Below, piece by piece: positions 40,848 to 52,889 of a stretch of 64,000 bases of DNA. Each line of letters begins with the position of its first letter. The first letter of the stretch is position 1. This DNA is from Octopus bimaculoides. Its lineage: Eukaryota. Location of the stretch: assembly GCF_001194135.2 (NCBI RefSeq), contig NC_068984.1:31338172-31402171 (forward strand), in the 5' to 3' direction. The position numbers and the translations under genes are program-made. The notes under the pieces were generated by a model, which ran no database searches, was not told the DNA's origin, and was given only the letters and a program-made list of their open reading frames with translations.

Positions 40848-41870
40848 CAAAGTGCATCCCTTGACCAAGTTTGCATACAAGAGACTGATATCATCATAAA
40901 ATTTGGAAGGTAGCTCCTTGAGCAACATTCCTTGAAGTCGCCTGACTCTACCGCAAAATATCATCAGATGAAAGGATGAACCTATATGAGCAGTAGTCTA
41001 TGCATGCATACGTTAGTAGAAAGTTCCGAGATGAGAGTGACATTGATCATCAAAGCAGCCTATCATGGACCAACAGCCGATTACTACCACCCACTTTGAA
41101 CGGTATGCGTTTGCTATCCAAGAACAGGAAATATTTACCAAATGCTTGATACACAAAATGGACAGAGATGCAGGAAACGCAGTGAAATGTGACAACAGAT
41201 ACGGACTTTGTAGAGTTAACACTGAAGATATTGCTCACATCAGAAGCAGTAGTCTGAAAATGTCATCACGGTAGTATCTACCGATGAGACATGTTGTTTT
41301 AGCTAGGACACTCTACAATGAAATCCACCGGAAGGATAACCCACAGGGCAAAGAAATAAGAACTTACAATATGGTAGGAGCCATAGCCACTCATAATAAA
41401 AAGGGGTACTGGCGGAATGTCCCAGTGAAGACCTCAATGAAATGTAAGCACAACAGACCTGATATAATGATTTGGGATACAGAAGAGAAACTGTATATGG
41501 TTGTGGAAATCAGCTGCCCAACAACTGTTAACGTGAAGATGAAGATTAATGAAAAAGAGAATACCTATGCTGAACTATTGAGAAATATGCAGTTACTCTA
41601 TCCAGATTACAAGTTCAGGTTTATACCTGTAATTATTGGAGTACTGAGATATGTAGCACACTGCCTAAATACCAATATTGAGAAATTAAGATTCTCAAAA
41701 CCAGAAAAGAGAAAGCTAATTCGAAAACTACATTGCTGGAACTGTAAAAATGAAAAAAATCAGTAAAACTTTCCAGAAGTTTATCATTTAAGTATATGTG
41801 AGCATGTCTAGATATGCAAGTATATGCATGAGAATATATACATAAAACAAAACATACAAATCTGCACGTA
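40848..41870 (+). pseudogene. R4-clade non-LTR 3' part (post-RT, decayed CCHC, restriction-like endonuclease)
   Basis: FAIQEQEI...CRVNTEDIAHI...MRH.V...HNRPDIMIWD...VVEISCP...KENTYAEL...IPVIIG. Confidence 0.85.
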
Positions 41871-42713
41871 TACATACATACAAACAAAAATACCGTTGTT
41901 GATCTTGAAATTCCAATGAAGGAGCCTTGGATCTAGGTTAGAAATCAGCTCTTTCTCTGTTAGCAGGAAATCTTGAAATAAAACTGAACAATGATATACA
42001 TACATACATACATACATACATACAGACAGACAGAAACTTTTCAGTACCACTTGTAAGTATGTGTATACACATCTATACTGACACACATATATTTATTTGA
42101 TTTTAATGAAGTGCTTTAATTCAAGGAATCTTCAATAATAGGCAATACACAATAAGCATAAATGTAAGGATCAATGTTTGATTTCCAGTATCAAAATCTC
42201 ATGTCTTCAAAGTTATCACTTCAAACATGATAATGAGTTATTATCTTATATAAACTCATATAAATAACAGCGATCCACTTTTATTTATGGTTGAACTGGA
42301 GTTTAAATCCACATTTATCATCTGAAATCTTTAATAAAGCGTACTTCTTCACTGCTTCAGTAGCACACACATTACATGGTCATTTATTTCCATTATTTGT
42401 TTTGGCCTTCGCCAAAATTCCTATGGAAACTAAAACTGAATGTTTATTGAAGCTCCAAATACATGCTGATAAAAAAATCATATTCCATCAAGCCGATGTC
42501 TGAAATCAATAATTATGTATATAACACCATATCTTCAAATCTGATGTCTGCCAAATTCAAGAATTCTCACCTCACATTTGAATAGAATCTCTGAGTACAC
42601 TGTTCCCCTTTAAAGGAAAATCACTCTTATTAATGCAATTTCAGTTACAATCACATCAATAATCTTAATTTGTATTATTAGTGTTATTACTATTATTATT
42701 ATTACTATAGAAA

Positions 42714-42920
42714 AGTTAGCGAGCTAAAAGAACCGTTAGCACGCCGGGCCAAATGCTTAGCGGTATTTTATCTGCCGCTACGTTCTGAGTTCAACTTCCG
42801 CTGGGGTCGACTTTGCCTTTGATCTTTTCGGGGTCGATGAATTAAGTACTAGTCAAGTACTGTGATCGACTTACCCCCTCCCCCAAAATTTCAGGCCATG
42901 GCCTACAAAAGAAAGGATTA
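42714..42920 (+). mobile_element. tRNA-SINE (3301 family) inserted in an (ATT)n tail
   Basis: 15-bp TSD TTATTA(C/T)TATAGAAA at 42699-42713 / 42921-42935. Confidence 0.85.
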
Positions 42921-42935
42921 TTATTATTATAGAAA

Positions 42936-43187
42936 TGAACCCCAGGTTTGGTCTTATTCCCGATAGGATTTATGTGGATAGTTGGCTACTACTGGTAACC
43001 TTAGGTATCCACATGTTTTCGGCAGTCTTTCAAGTGCTTAGTACCCCACTGATAATCCTTGCTGTCCCTAAGAGGCAAACTTTCTGTTGGAGATCTACCG
43101 GGAATTCTGTTCAATCTCCTTCAGCCATGTCCCAGCTTACTGTTCCCAGCGCACCAATTATTATAGGCACTCGTTCCAAATTTTTCT
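42936..43187 (-). pseudogene. R4/Dong-like LINE extreme 3' end with (TAA)n tail
   Basis: VPIIIGALGTV...LQQKVCLLGTARIISGVL* followed by TAATAATAAT. Confidence 0.75.
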
Positions 43188-43189
43188 TC

Positions 43190-43198
43190 ATTATTATT

Positions 43199-43267
<69 letters not shown>
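43190..43267. repeat. (ATT)n/(TAA)n microsatellite
   Basis: Direct inspection. Confidence 0.95.
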
Positions 43268-43269
43268 TT

Positions 43270-44150
43270 CTCTTTATCACAGGTTTTATTGGCGCTTCTA
43301 CCGACAATGCTCTTCTCAATAGGTGTGATGTACCAGTTGAAATAATCTTTTGCACTTCTTGAAGAGATGGTAAGTCAGGTATCATTCCCAAATAATTTTT
43401 TGTGCCTTTTTCGACCATTCCTTGTATCCTTACACTCACTTGTATTGTAATCGCCCTGAGCTGCCATAATTTTTCAATTTCAAAAACGCAAGTCTTAATA
43501 TTTTCTGAGCTTGTCAAATTCTTTTGCCGGGATATTATGATGACAAGGAATATTCATGTCGATCAATAAACAAACTTTATTGTTTTGGCCTTTCACAACA
43601 ATATCCGGTTTATTAACTTTGATGATTTGGTCTGTGTATATAATAGTAAGTCCCAAAGGATCGTTATATTTTCTACCTCATTTACAGCTTCAGGGTGGTG
43701 TGTATACCACTTAGCAGTTTTGATTTAATAACGCCAACATATTAGCCAGTGTAGATATTGGCCCAACTCTGTCATATTTTGATTTAAACTCCACTGGTGC
43801 TGAGACTTTACATCCAGAGATTGGGTGATCCATTGTTTCAATCACATCATTGCAGAACCGGCATTTTGAATCACATTGGTTTGGTAGTTCCGGGTCAATA
43901 AGCTTTGATCTTGAGCATATAGATTTATAGATCTTATTTCTATTAACAATCTTATAATACCTATATTATATAGTGAAATGCTTTTTGCGTAAGAGAAAAT
44001 GATTTTAGCTACAGACGTGATCGCTTCCATATTAAATGTTGCATTATACGAACTAGTATTTTTTGGACTATTCTTCCTAAATCTATTTCAGTTCTTTGCC
44101 TCGTTATAATGTGCTGAGTAATACTTATCAATTTGTTAGATAGCAGATAA
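43270..44150 (-). pseudogene. R4/Dong-like LINE 3' part (RLE domain) ending in the (TAA)n array
   Basis: DQSLLTRNYQ...TILWD...NKPDIVV...CLLIDMNIP...KEFDKLRKY*DLRFEIEKLW...LQEVQKIISTGTSHLLRRALS. Confidence 0.8.
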
Positions 44151-44249
44151 ACAAGATATTATAAAGCAATTTTTTAATATTTGTGAAATGGTTGAAAAAT
44201 TTATCATAACTTACACTCTCGTTGGGTTTTTCTAAAGAAGTAAAATAAT

Positions 44250-44510
44250 TCATTGGGCAGATTCAAACTGACAGCCACGAATTTCAGTATAGATGGATTC
44301 GTGCCTAAGGTGTTTGATTGAAAAACACCTGGAAAAATAGGATCTGAATCTCCCAAATCCTCTCTACCGCAAATAGGCCGCATGTCAATAGATAATTCTC
44401 CTTTCAGTTGGAACAGTATACATAGCCTGATAAGTTCAGTGACCTCATCCGAATGGTTCAACCGTTACTCACATCAAACGGGATGCTCACCGAAAAATTT
44501 TCCAAATAGT
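44250..44510 (+). pseudogene. Degenerate RTE-like RT fragment
   Basis: MDSCLRCLIEKHLEK...Y-x-x-PDKFSDLIRM...NGMLTEKF resembles D.IF.LR.L.EK..E...YG.P.KF..LI...NG.LS..F. Confidence 0.45.
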
Positions 44511-46412
44511 CATCAGCTTTTAACAGTTTTTCGATCATGGTTAATTACGTCTCTCTGAAATCCTTAATATCCACAATAATTTTAGTAAAATTAATAACCC
44601 AATGTAGTACCAGTAATGTTAATTATTTATTTATGACTGGATAAATCTGGTGCGGCCTTTATTAGCTATACATTTGAAACAATCTGTCACTACAAACGAA
44701 TTACTTCACAAAGCTAAAGTGGCCACTGATCTAATCTTAGGTATTAATATTCTATAACAAAATCAAACTATATCCAACTTACTTGTGCTAATTAGCCTAA
44801 CAGAAATGTTATTAACAAAACCAGAAATATGATTCCTCTATGTAATGTAAGGAATTACAGATTTCAGTGATTCCTTATGATCCTGGATGAGGAATACTAA
44901 AGAAATATTAAAACTCGAAATGTCGATATCATTTATCACATTCAATCCATTCTTACGGTAATCGTCGCTGATGACATAAATAATAATTGTTTTTTAGATA
45001 TACGCACACACACGTACCTACACACAAGTATCCATGCGCATACGTCACAGCAGGCATACATACGGTTTCAGAGAGATATCCGGCCAGACAATAATTTGTC
45101 CATGAGGTGTATATTTGCATCGTATTCCTCAGACCACCTCTCTTCTATAAAGTTGAGTATACTTCGCTTTCCTACTTATCTCTAAGCTTCACAAACTTCG
45201 ATTCCTTGTTCATTTTATTCTTTCTTTCTTTCTTACAGTCTCCCCCTCTCTTTCGTTCTCTCGACTGCTCCACAATCAGCACCACCACCCCGCCAATTCT
45301 ATTTCTTTCTATTCTATCTTCTCTTCTTCCAACCATTCTCAATCCAATCCCATTCACATTCCTTTTCTGCCTGTCACTAGCATTCCAAAAGTCAGCTGCA
45401 AGATATATTCAGTGATTTTTCCAAGGAAATCAACACGATAAAACAAAGGAGAATACTGAGAAAAGAATACTAAGAAATAATAGAAGAATAAATTTAAAAA
45501 AAAACAAATAAAAAGGCAAACTGGATATCATTTCAATTTCTTCATAAAAAAATCATCATAACATACAAGCAAAAGAAAGCGAAGTTAATTTTTTCAGATT
45601 CTATCAAATAAAATATTTAAAAAAAATATATAAAATAGACTGATGTTGATGTGTACGAAAGGTGGAAGGGAGAAGAATAGCATTCAATAAATAAATAAAT
45701 AAACAAAGAAAGAAAGAAAAGAAAGCCGCCTTAATGATATTTTTAGTTGTTGTCATGATCTTAATTAACCTAGAATAAAATTAGAAACCCGATCTTTCCT
45801 CTATCTTACTCTCACTAAACCTATTTCCTTCTTTCTCAGTTGTAAATAGACACACGTAACAAACGTTTAATGTACAAATATACACACATTAACAGAAACT
45901 CTCTCTCTCTCTCTCTCACGCGCGCGCGCACGCACACATACATACACAAGCACTCACACAATCACATAGGTCCGCATTGAATTGTTCATTTAGTTTCTAG
46001 CTTCTACTTTAGTTTTTCGCAATTTCTTCGCGGTTTGATTCTATTATGTGTTATTTATTGCTTTATTTTTTTGATTTCCAATATTAAATTCCTTATTTCT
46101 ATTATTTTCAAGTAACACATGATTATCTAAATTCAAGAAAATCTTCTTAGGTAGGTGGATGTTGATCCAAAATGACAGAACACTTGTTTCACACTTTCTC
46201 CTCCAACCTCTCTCTCCCTTTCAGGCTCTCCCTGTCAAGATTATATTTATGTGTGTGTGTACATACATACATGCGTACGTATGTGTGATATAGGAACCCG
46301 AATCTTCATAAAAATCGTTACTTTAAGTTTCTTATTGCCAATATTTAGATAATAAAGACGAATAGAACGAAAGGTAGGTGTCAAAAGAGATGAGGTGAAA
46401 ATATTTAAATAA

Positions 46413-47775
46413 CTAGCAGAAATACCCGGCGTTGCCCGGGTTAAAGAGAATAATGAAATCTAAAAACGCCGTCTAGACTACGCATCATCTTTATATATAG
46501 AGATGTATATACACACACGCACCCAAACACACGTATATATATGTATCAATATAAATATATGAAAGTCAATGAAGTTTCGTAAAAGAAGGTGATCATGTAC
46601 ATACTTTCTTGCTGTTTTGATTATAACACCTCATTGTAAACTATGTTCCTTGTTTTCCCTTGTGGAGCATATACAAATAGGTTTTTTGTTGCTACCCACT
46701 CTTGAGCAGCCAACATACAGTTGTCCATGTGAGAAGNNNNNNNNNNNNNNNNNNNNNNNNNNNNNNNNNNNNNNNNNNNNNNNNNNNNNNNNNNNNNNNN
46801 NNNNNNNNNNNNNNNNNNNNNNNNNNNNNNNNNNNNNNNNNNNNNNNNNNNNNNNNNNNNNNNNNNNNNNNNNNNNNNNNNNNNNNNNNNNNNNNNNNNN
46901 NNNNNNNNNNNNNNNNNNNNNNNNNNNNNNNNNNNNNNNNNNNNNNNNNNNNNNNNNNNNNNNNNNNNNNNNNNNNNNNNNNNNNNNNNNNNNNNNNNNN
47001 NNNNNNNNNNNNNNNNNNNNNNNNNNNNNNNNNNNNNNNNNNNNNNNNNNNNNNNNNNNNNNNNNNNNNNNNNNNNNNNNNNNNNNNNNNNNNNNNNNNN
47101 NNNNNNNNNNNNNNNNNNNNNNNNNNNNNNNNNNNNNNNNNNNNNNNNNNNNNNNNNNNNNNNNNNNNNNNNNNNNNNNNNNNNNNNNNNNNNNNNNNNN
47201 NNNNNNNNNNNNNNNNNNNNNNNNNNNNNNNNNNNNNNNNNNNNNNNNNNNNNNNNNNNNNNNNNNNNNNNNNNNNNNNNNNNNNNNNNNNNNNNNNNNN
47301 NNNNNNNNNNNNNNNNNNNNNNNNNNNNNNNNNNNNNNNNNNNNNNNNNNNNNNNNNNNNNNNNNNNNNNNNNNNNNNNNNNNNNNNNNNNNNNNNNNNN
47401 NNNNNNNNNNNNNNNNNNNNNNNNNNNNNNNNNNNNNNNNNNNNNNNNNNNNNNNNNNNNNNNNNNNNNATCGAAATGTGATTGTTTCAGTTAGTGGAAT
47501 AGTTTCATTTTTAAAGTGAAAGTATTTGACATGAGTGTTTTTGTTTCACTTTTGACACGTAATACTTAAATAGTGGAGGAGATATTATGTTGCCGTGTGC
47601 TCGAACTCTGCAAGAAGTTAATAATTTTTTTGACTAAAACACAACTGGAACCCTAAGTAAGGCATGTGTAAAATTTGAATGAAATTGGTTGCGTAGTTCT
47701 CGAGTTTTAGGGATTCACACAGGCAGACAGACAGACAGACAGACAGACACACATTCTCATTTTTATATATATAGA
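46413..47775 (-). mobile_element. Helitron spanning an assembly gap (N 46737-47469), retaining the RepHel helicase C-terminus
   Basis: Minus strand: 5' A|TCTATATATATAAAAA...(GTCT)n at 47775; 3' hairpin CCCGG-GCAACG-CCGGG then CTAG|T at 46413. 46736-46621 reads FSHGQLYVGCSRVGS, then after a 1-nt frameshift KNLFVYAPQGKTRNIVYNEVL*. Confidence 0.88.
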
Positions 47776-47854
47776 TTAGACAAGCTTTTATTGGAGTAAA
47801 AGCATTTCTTTACTCCTTGTTCACACTGAAATGTTCATTTTAAGATATATGTAT

Positions 47855-47889
<35 letters not shown>

Positions 47890-49539
47890 ATTCGATTGTA
47901 ATGAGAATTACTGAATACATGGTGGTAGAACTTGATACAAAGAGTAAATAATATGATTTATATCTCTGAAACTGAAGTTCCACCTGCAATTTTAAATAAC
48001 TTATTTTAAACAATATTTTTGGGAAATTTTTTTCGAGGAAGATCGTCAGCTAACGATAATTTACTTTAAACGACCATGATGTAACTAAAATGCCAATGAT
48101 ATATAAAAGTATAAATTATCTCTTAACTGCTAAATTACTTTCCTCGCATCAGTAATTTTACCATAAAACAGAACTGTTCTAGTTGCCTTGAAAAATGGCT
48201 TTACTATGAGAAGCAATGAAGAAGAAATGGCGATCATAAAACGTAAGAGCCGGCTGCATTGGGATTTCACGCTATTAAGTTGGCTTGTCCAATTCTAAAT
48301 TTTTTATTAAAAAAACTTGCTGAAATGGTGACAACTGCTATAAAATACATATTTTGCATTTGAATATTTTGTTAAGCCCCTAATGCTTTTCTGTATGGTT
48401 ATTTTTTTCGACAATGTATAACTGACCACATCTCGTACCGTCTATATATGCTGTTCGTTCTTGCATTATCAGTTTTCATAGTCGACATTGTACTCTTTTA
48501 GCCATCATACGTAATTAGTCAATAGCTGTGTTGTTTTTTTTAATTACATTCCTGAAGGAAGACGCTTAGCTGGAGGATCACTGCCAGAACATGCCCTCTA
48601 CCTTCTTATGTAATTCTTGCTTTCTGCTTATCTGATACGATGCTGTTTCCTTCAACTCGAATAATACAGCTTCAATTCCTATAACATCATCATGAATATG
48701 TAAGATTTAGCACCTTTTCATGTCAGCCTATTAGACGTTGCCACTTTCATCAATTTCATTAGGCATAATAACACATTCCGGAATAAATGTAGAGTAGGTG
48801 TTAAAACATTTAACAGTACTTTTAACACAATGTTTTCTGATAAGAATGTAACTATGAAACTGATTACACTGAATATAAGCTGAATAACTGAATCAGTAAA
48901 GTACCTTACATTGGCATATGACACTACATAGAACGTAAACAGTGAGTGAAAAGATGTAACCAAGGAAATCAAATTAGGGAATGGAACAAAATGAAAGGCG
49001 TAACACAAAATTAGGGATATCACAGAAGATATTACCATTAATACCAGATATATAGTAATAAATCCAGCTAAAACAGAAAAACTATAATTAACAAATTTTA
49101 AGAAAGTAAAATCATTGAGAGTTTAACGGTACTGTATAAAGTATCTCATGGTTTTACTACAGAATTTTGCATATCATTCTACAATATATGTTGCGTGTTC
49201 ACTCGTGGAAATAATACAAGAAACGAACTTTAGAAATAACAGCGAGACCTTATTACTTCGTTAAATAATACAGTGGGCAAAGTAAGACATCAAGAATTCC
49301 GGTGATTATATGGTTCATCCATCATTTGGATAATTTAGCTCGTGGCATCGTGGGTTACATGTGCTCCGTTATTTTAATTTTGCTCTGGTGAATAACGGTA
49401 ACAAAATAACATGACTCTCCTTCATGAAAATCTCTCACCTCTCTTCTCATAGATGATTTGTTACACCACTTTGAAGAAAACGGGTAGGCTCCAGAGCACA
49501 TTCAAAGTAGTTGTTTGAGAATGTATTACTCACAACGTG

Positions 49540-49670
49540 ATTGGATCTTCGATCCAAATCCCGTGCAAAACTCAATCAATCAAAGCATAGGACTCAACCA
49601 ATGTTAAAAACTCACATGATAGGTAAGACGACCAATCGTTATAGATTAACGTACTGACCCTATAAAAGGC
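49540..49670 (+). promoter_or_regulatory. Pol II promoter-like cluster (inverted CCAAT, two CCAAT, TATA)
   Basis: ATTGG 49540-49544, CCAAT 49598-49602 and 49632-49636, TATAAAAG 49661-49668. Motif matches only. Confidence 0.4.
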
Positions 49671-49690
49671 TGTTCACCTTCCATATGCAA

Positions 49691-51726
49691 TAATAGAAAT
49701 TGGTCTCATCGCCCCCCCCCCCTTCTTTTTTTGCTTTGTGGAGGAGCGGGAGTCGAATTTTTTTGTGTGAAGCCGCCATTGTTGGGTGGGGGTGAATAAC
49801 CGAGAAAAATGAGAAGCTATGCAGAAGCTACTGGAAAACGAGTTCCCCTAGACCCACGTGTACTGAAAAGGAGATGTTACAGTGGAATGGAGAGCTGATA
49901 CAGAAATATAGTAGAATGGTGAAGAAGGAAGGGTCAAATATAAAAATGACCTTACCAGAGGAGGAAAAAGTGAAAATGGAAAGGAAGACAGTCAGATTCA
50001 GAACACTTTCGAATAAAAATAGAAGAAATGAACAAGCGCCGCAGGAAGAAATAGAAAATTTGGAAGAACAGATAGGAGACAACATAACGTTCTTTATGAG
50101 AGGAAAGAGATATGCGTCGATAGTGGTAACCTTTGTATCAGAAGAGGAGGCGGAAAAAACCTTCATCAAGCTGATACAGGGAGAAAAATGGACTTTGATC
50201 CTAAACTGTGTGGACACAAGAATTTTCAGAATTAGGGTGGGAAGAATCCCACCGTCGATAGATCCAGAGTGTATAATAGTCGCAATTTTTTATTCGGAGA
50301 TGAGGAAGGAAAGCGAAGATGTGAGGATGGGCATGACAAGTCGAACCCAACAAGTGAAGTGTGGGGCTACGGATTAGAGATAATTTGTGCAGTGAAACCT
50401 GAAACTTTAAAGCTACCGAATGAAGGAAAACAAGAGGGGAGACCCCCCCCCCCACAAGTGTTACGAATGTGGTGAAAGAGAGCACTTGAGAAAGAAATAC
50501 CCTAGAGCAGCAGTGGAAATGGTAGAGGAGAGTATTCAGGAGAATATAGTGGTAGAGAAACAGCAGAAAGAGAAAACAGAACATGACGGGAACCTTGCGG
50601 GAACCTATTGTTGAACGTCATTGTTAAATTTTTGAATTATTAACTGCTGCTTTTGTGAAATATATTCTGTTTGCTTCCCCATTTATAGGTGAAGTAGAGC
50701 AAAAAGGAACTATGGAGAGTGAACCAGTTCCAGCCGGTAGCTATGCTTCAGCCACTGGAAGAAGTTTGACGGCTGAGCAATCCAAGTCAGTTTGCCATAT
50801 CTACATAATATAGCAGAAGAGGTGAAACTGTCAGAAGACGTGAATTTTAGAGTAGTGGTGGAGGGATTACTTCCAACCTGCTATCATTGTAGAGTACGGG
50901 GACACATGAAAGCAAAGTGTCTCCAGAAACACGACAAAGTTGTAGCGAAACAAGAGGAGCAGGAGCATAACGCCGAAGCGACAAACCCAGGATTTGAGAA
51001 ATGTCCTGTGAATGTGGAGGAGCAGTACACGATGGTGAATAGATAGAAGAGAGAAAATGTGGACTCACCACCAAAGAGTCCACTAAAGAAAAGAAAGGAA
51101 AGTAAAGAAGCACAATATGAGACCAACAACATCGAAGGGGGCCCAACGCAGAAAAACAGGAGGGACTACAGTAACAAACATATAAAAAAAAAACGAAACA
51201 CAAATGGCATATGGTAACGTATGCGAAAAGTGTAGAGATAGAGAAGAACATCACAAAAAGAAAAACAGTAATAAGAGTGAAATTAACGTCGGAATACTAC
51301 CCAGAAAGCTCTAAAGCAATTCTAATTGATAGTGAGATGTGAAAAATTACGAGAACTGTTCGGGGATAAGATAGAGACAACGGGAGTACGCGATCGTTTC
51401 GACGATTTGCCACCAGTGGTAGAGTTCGAAGATCTGTTGCCGTATATAGAATGATAAAAAGGAAAAAGTAAGCAAAATTTTTTTTTAATTGTTAATGATA
51501 GTAAAAACAGAAGCAAAAGGAAAAGAACCGATTCATAAACGTTTAACGAAAAACATTTAAATGATACTGTCTGCGAGTGGGGAGCAGGAAGGCCATTTCA
51601 TTCTCATTGTTATAATCAATCCTTCATTCGTTCGTTCTGTGTTTTATGTTCCCAATGTGGTGTGCTGACCCCTCTATGTATGAGCCTGAGTGCTTAATAA
51701 AAGAAATCCTAATAGAAATTGGTCTC
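49691..51726 (+). mobile_element. ORF1-only L1/Tx1-like element (HAL1-like), decayed, bounded by a 17-bp direct repeat
   Basis: TAATAGAAATTGGTCTC at 49691-49707 and 51710-51726. ORF from 49809 (MRSYAEATGK..., frameshifts) with an RRM-like segment. Zinc knuckles EGRPP..KCYECGEREHLRKKY and VVVEGLLPTCYHCRVRGHMKAKC. AATAAA at 51696. No EN or RT recognised. Confidence 0.6.
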
Positions 51727-52569
51727 GCTACAAGAGCATTAGAAGTACATCTATTTAACAATAATGAAAGAATAGCAACATAGTAATTAATTAGTTTAAG
51801 AACATAAGCAACAAACAAGCCTTTAGATGTACACGATTCGTGACTGGAGATTTCTATACAGTAGTAATACATTCTCTTAGTGTCACAATATGCTTACCTA
51901 AAAGGCATAATTAAATAGATGACATGCACTTAGAAATCCTCGTGCTTGTTAGGAAGACTTTAACCTTTGATGCCTGTGAATTAGGCCTAGGTAAAAACAA
52001 ATCTAAGAAGTACATTCAACCTTAGTATGTGGTTGTAAGCCACCCCACCTCCAAAAAGAAAAGCAAACTACAAATATATGCAATTCCATCGGCCACGAAA
52101 TGAAGTGCGTTTTATTTAATTGATTCACCAGCTTCAATATCTAATTACAATGAGATGATAGATTAGTCGTTGCACCAAACGATATTGGACACCCATTAGA
52201 TTTAGGAAATACCTCTTAAACAACCTTTAACATTGTTAACCAAAGATTACTTAAAAAATAATCCCAAAGGTCATAAACATCTTAGATAAAACTTAATATT
52301 TTTTAAACAAGAACACTTATAAGCTCTATGTAAAAACAAAACAATAACTGACATTAACAATACATTTTATGGCCTGTTCTGAGTTGTCCATTATGATCAA
52401 TTATATTAACACAATCTCTAATATCCCTTAGCTTAGAGATTTCCGATACTTATTGACTTTCATTCAAAAATGCTTTGTACAAAAATGCTTTGCTCAAAAA
52501 ATGCTTTCGTGACATTTTCAAAATATTTCATGTTAGTGATGTTTCTGATATTGTTATATGTAAATATCA

Positions 52570-52760
52570 GGTGACGAACTGGCAGAACTGTTACCATGCT
52601 GGGCAAAATATTCAGCGGCATTTCTTCTGGCTTTACGTTCAAATAACGCAGACACCGACTTTGCCTTTCGTCATTTCCGTGTCGATTACATAAGTAGCTG
52701 TTGAGCACGGGGACAATCTACCTCTCCCAAATTTGAGGTCTTCTGCCTATGGGAGAAAGG
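52570..52760 (+). mobile_element. Degenerate tRNA-SINE (3301 family)
   Basis: GGTGACGAACTGGCAGAA...GACTTTGCCTTTC...GAGAAAGG. Confidence 0.65.
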
Positions 52761-52844
52761 ATTATTATATGTAAATACACACGCACTTATAATACACATG
52801 TGTGCATGTACACATCTATCTATATATCTATATGGATTCGGTTT

Positions 52845-52882
<38 letters not shown>

Positions 52883-52889
52883 TATATAG

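Noticed and set aside
44204-44461. Minus-strand 85-aa ORF ending at a GTAAGT donor-like site, as a host exon
   Set aside because: No recognisable product; the plus strand is better explained as a decayed RTE RT.
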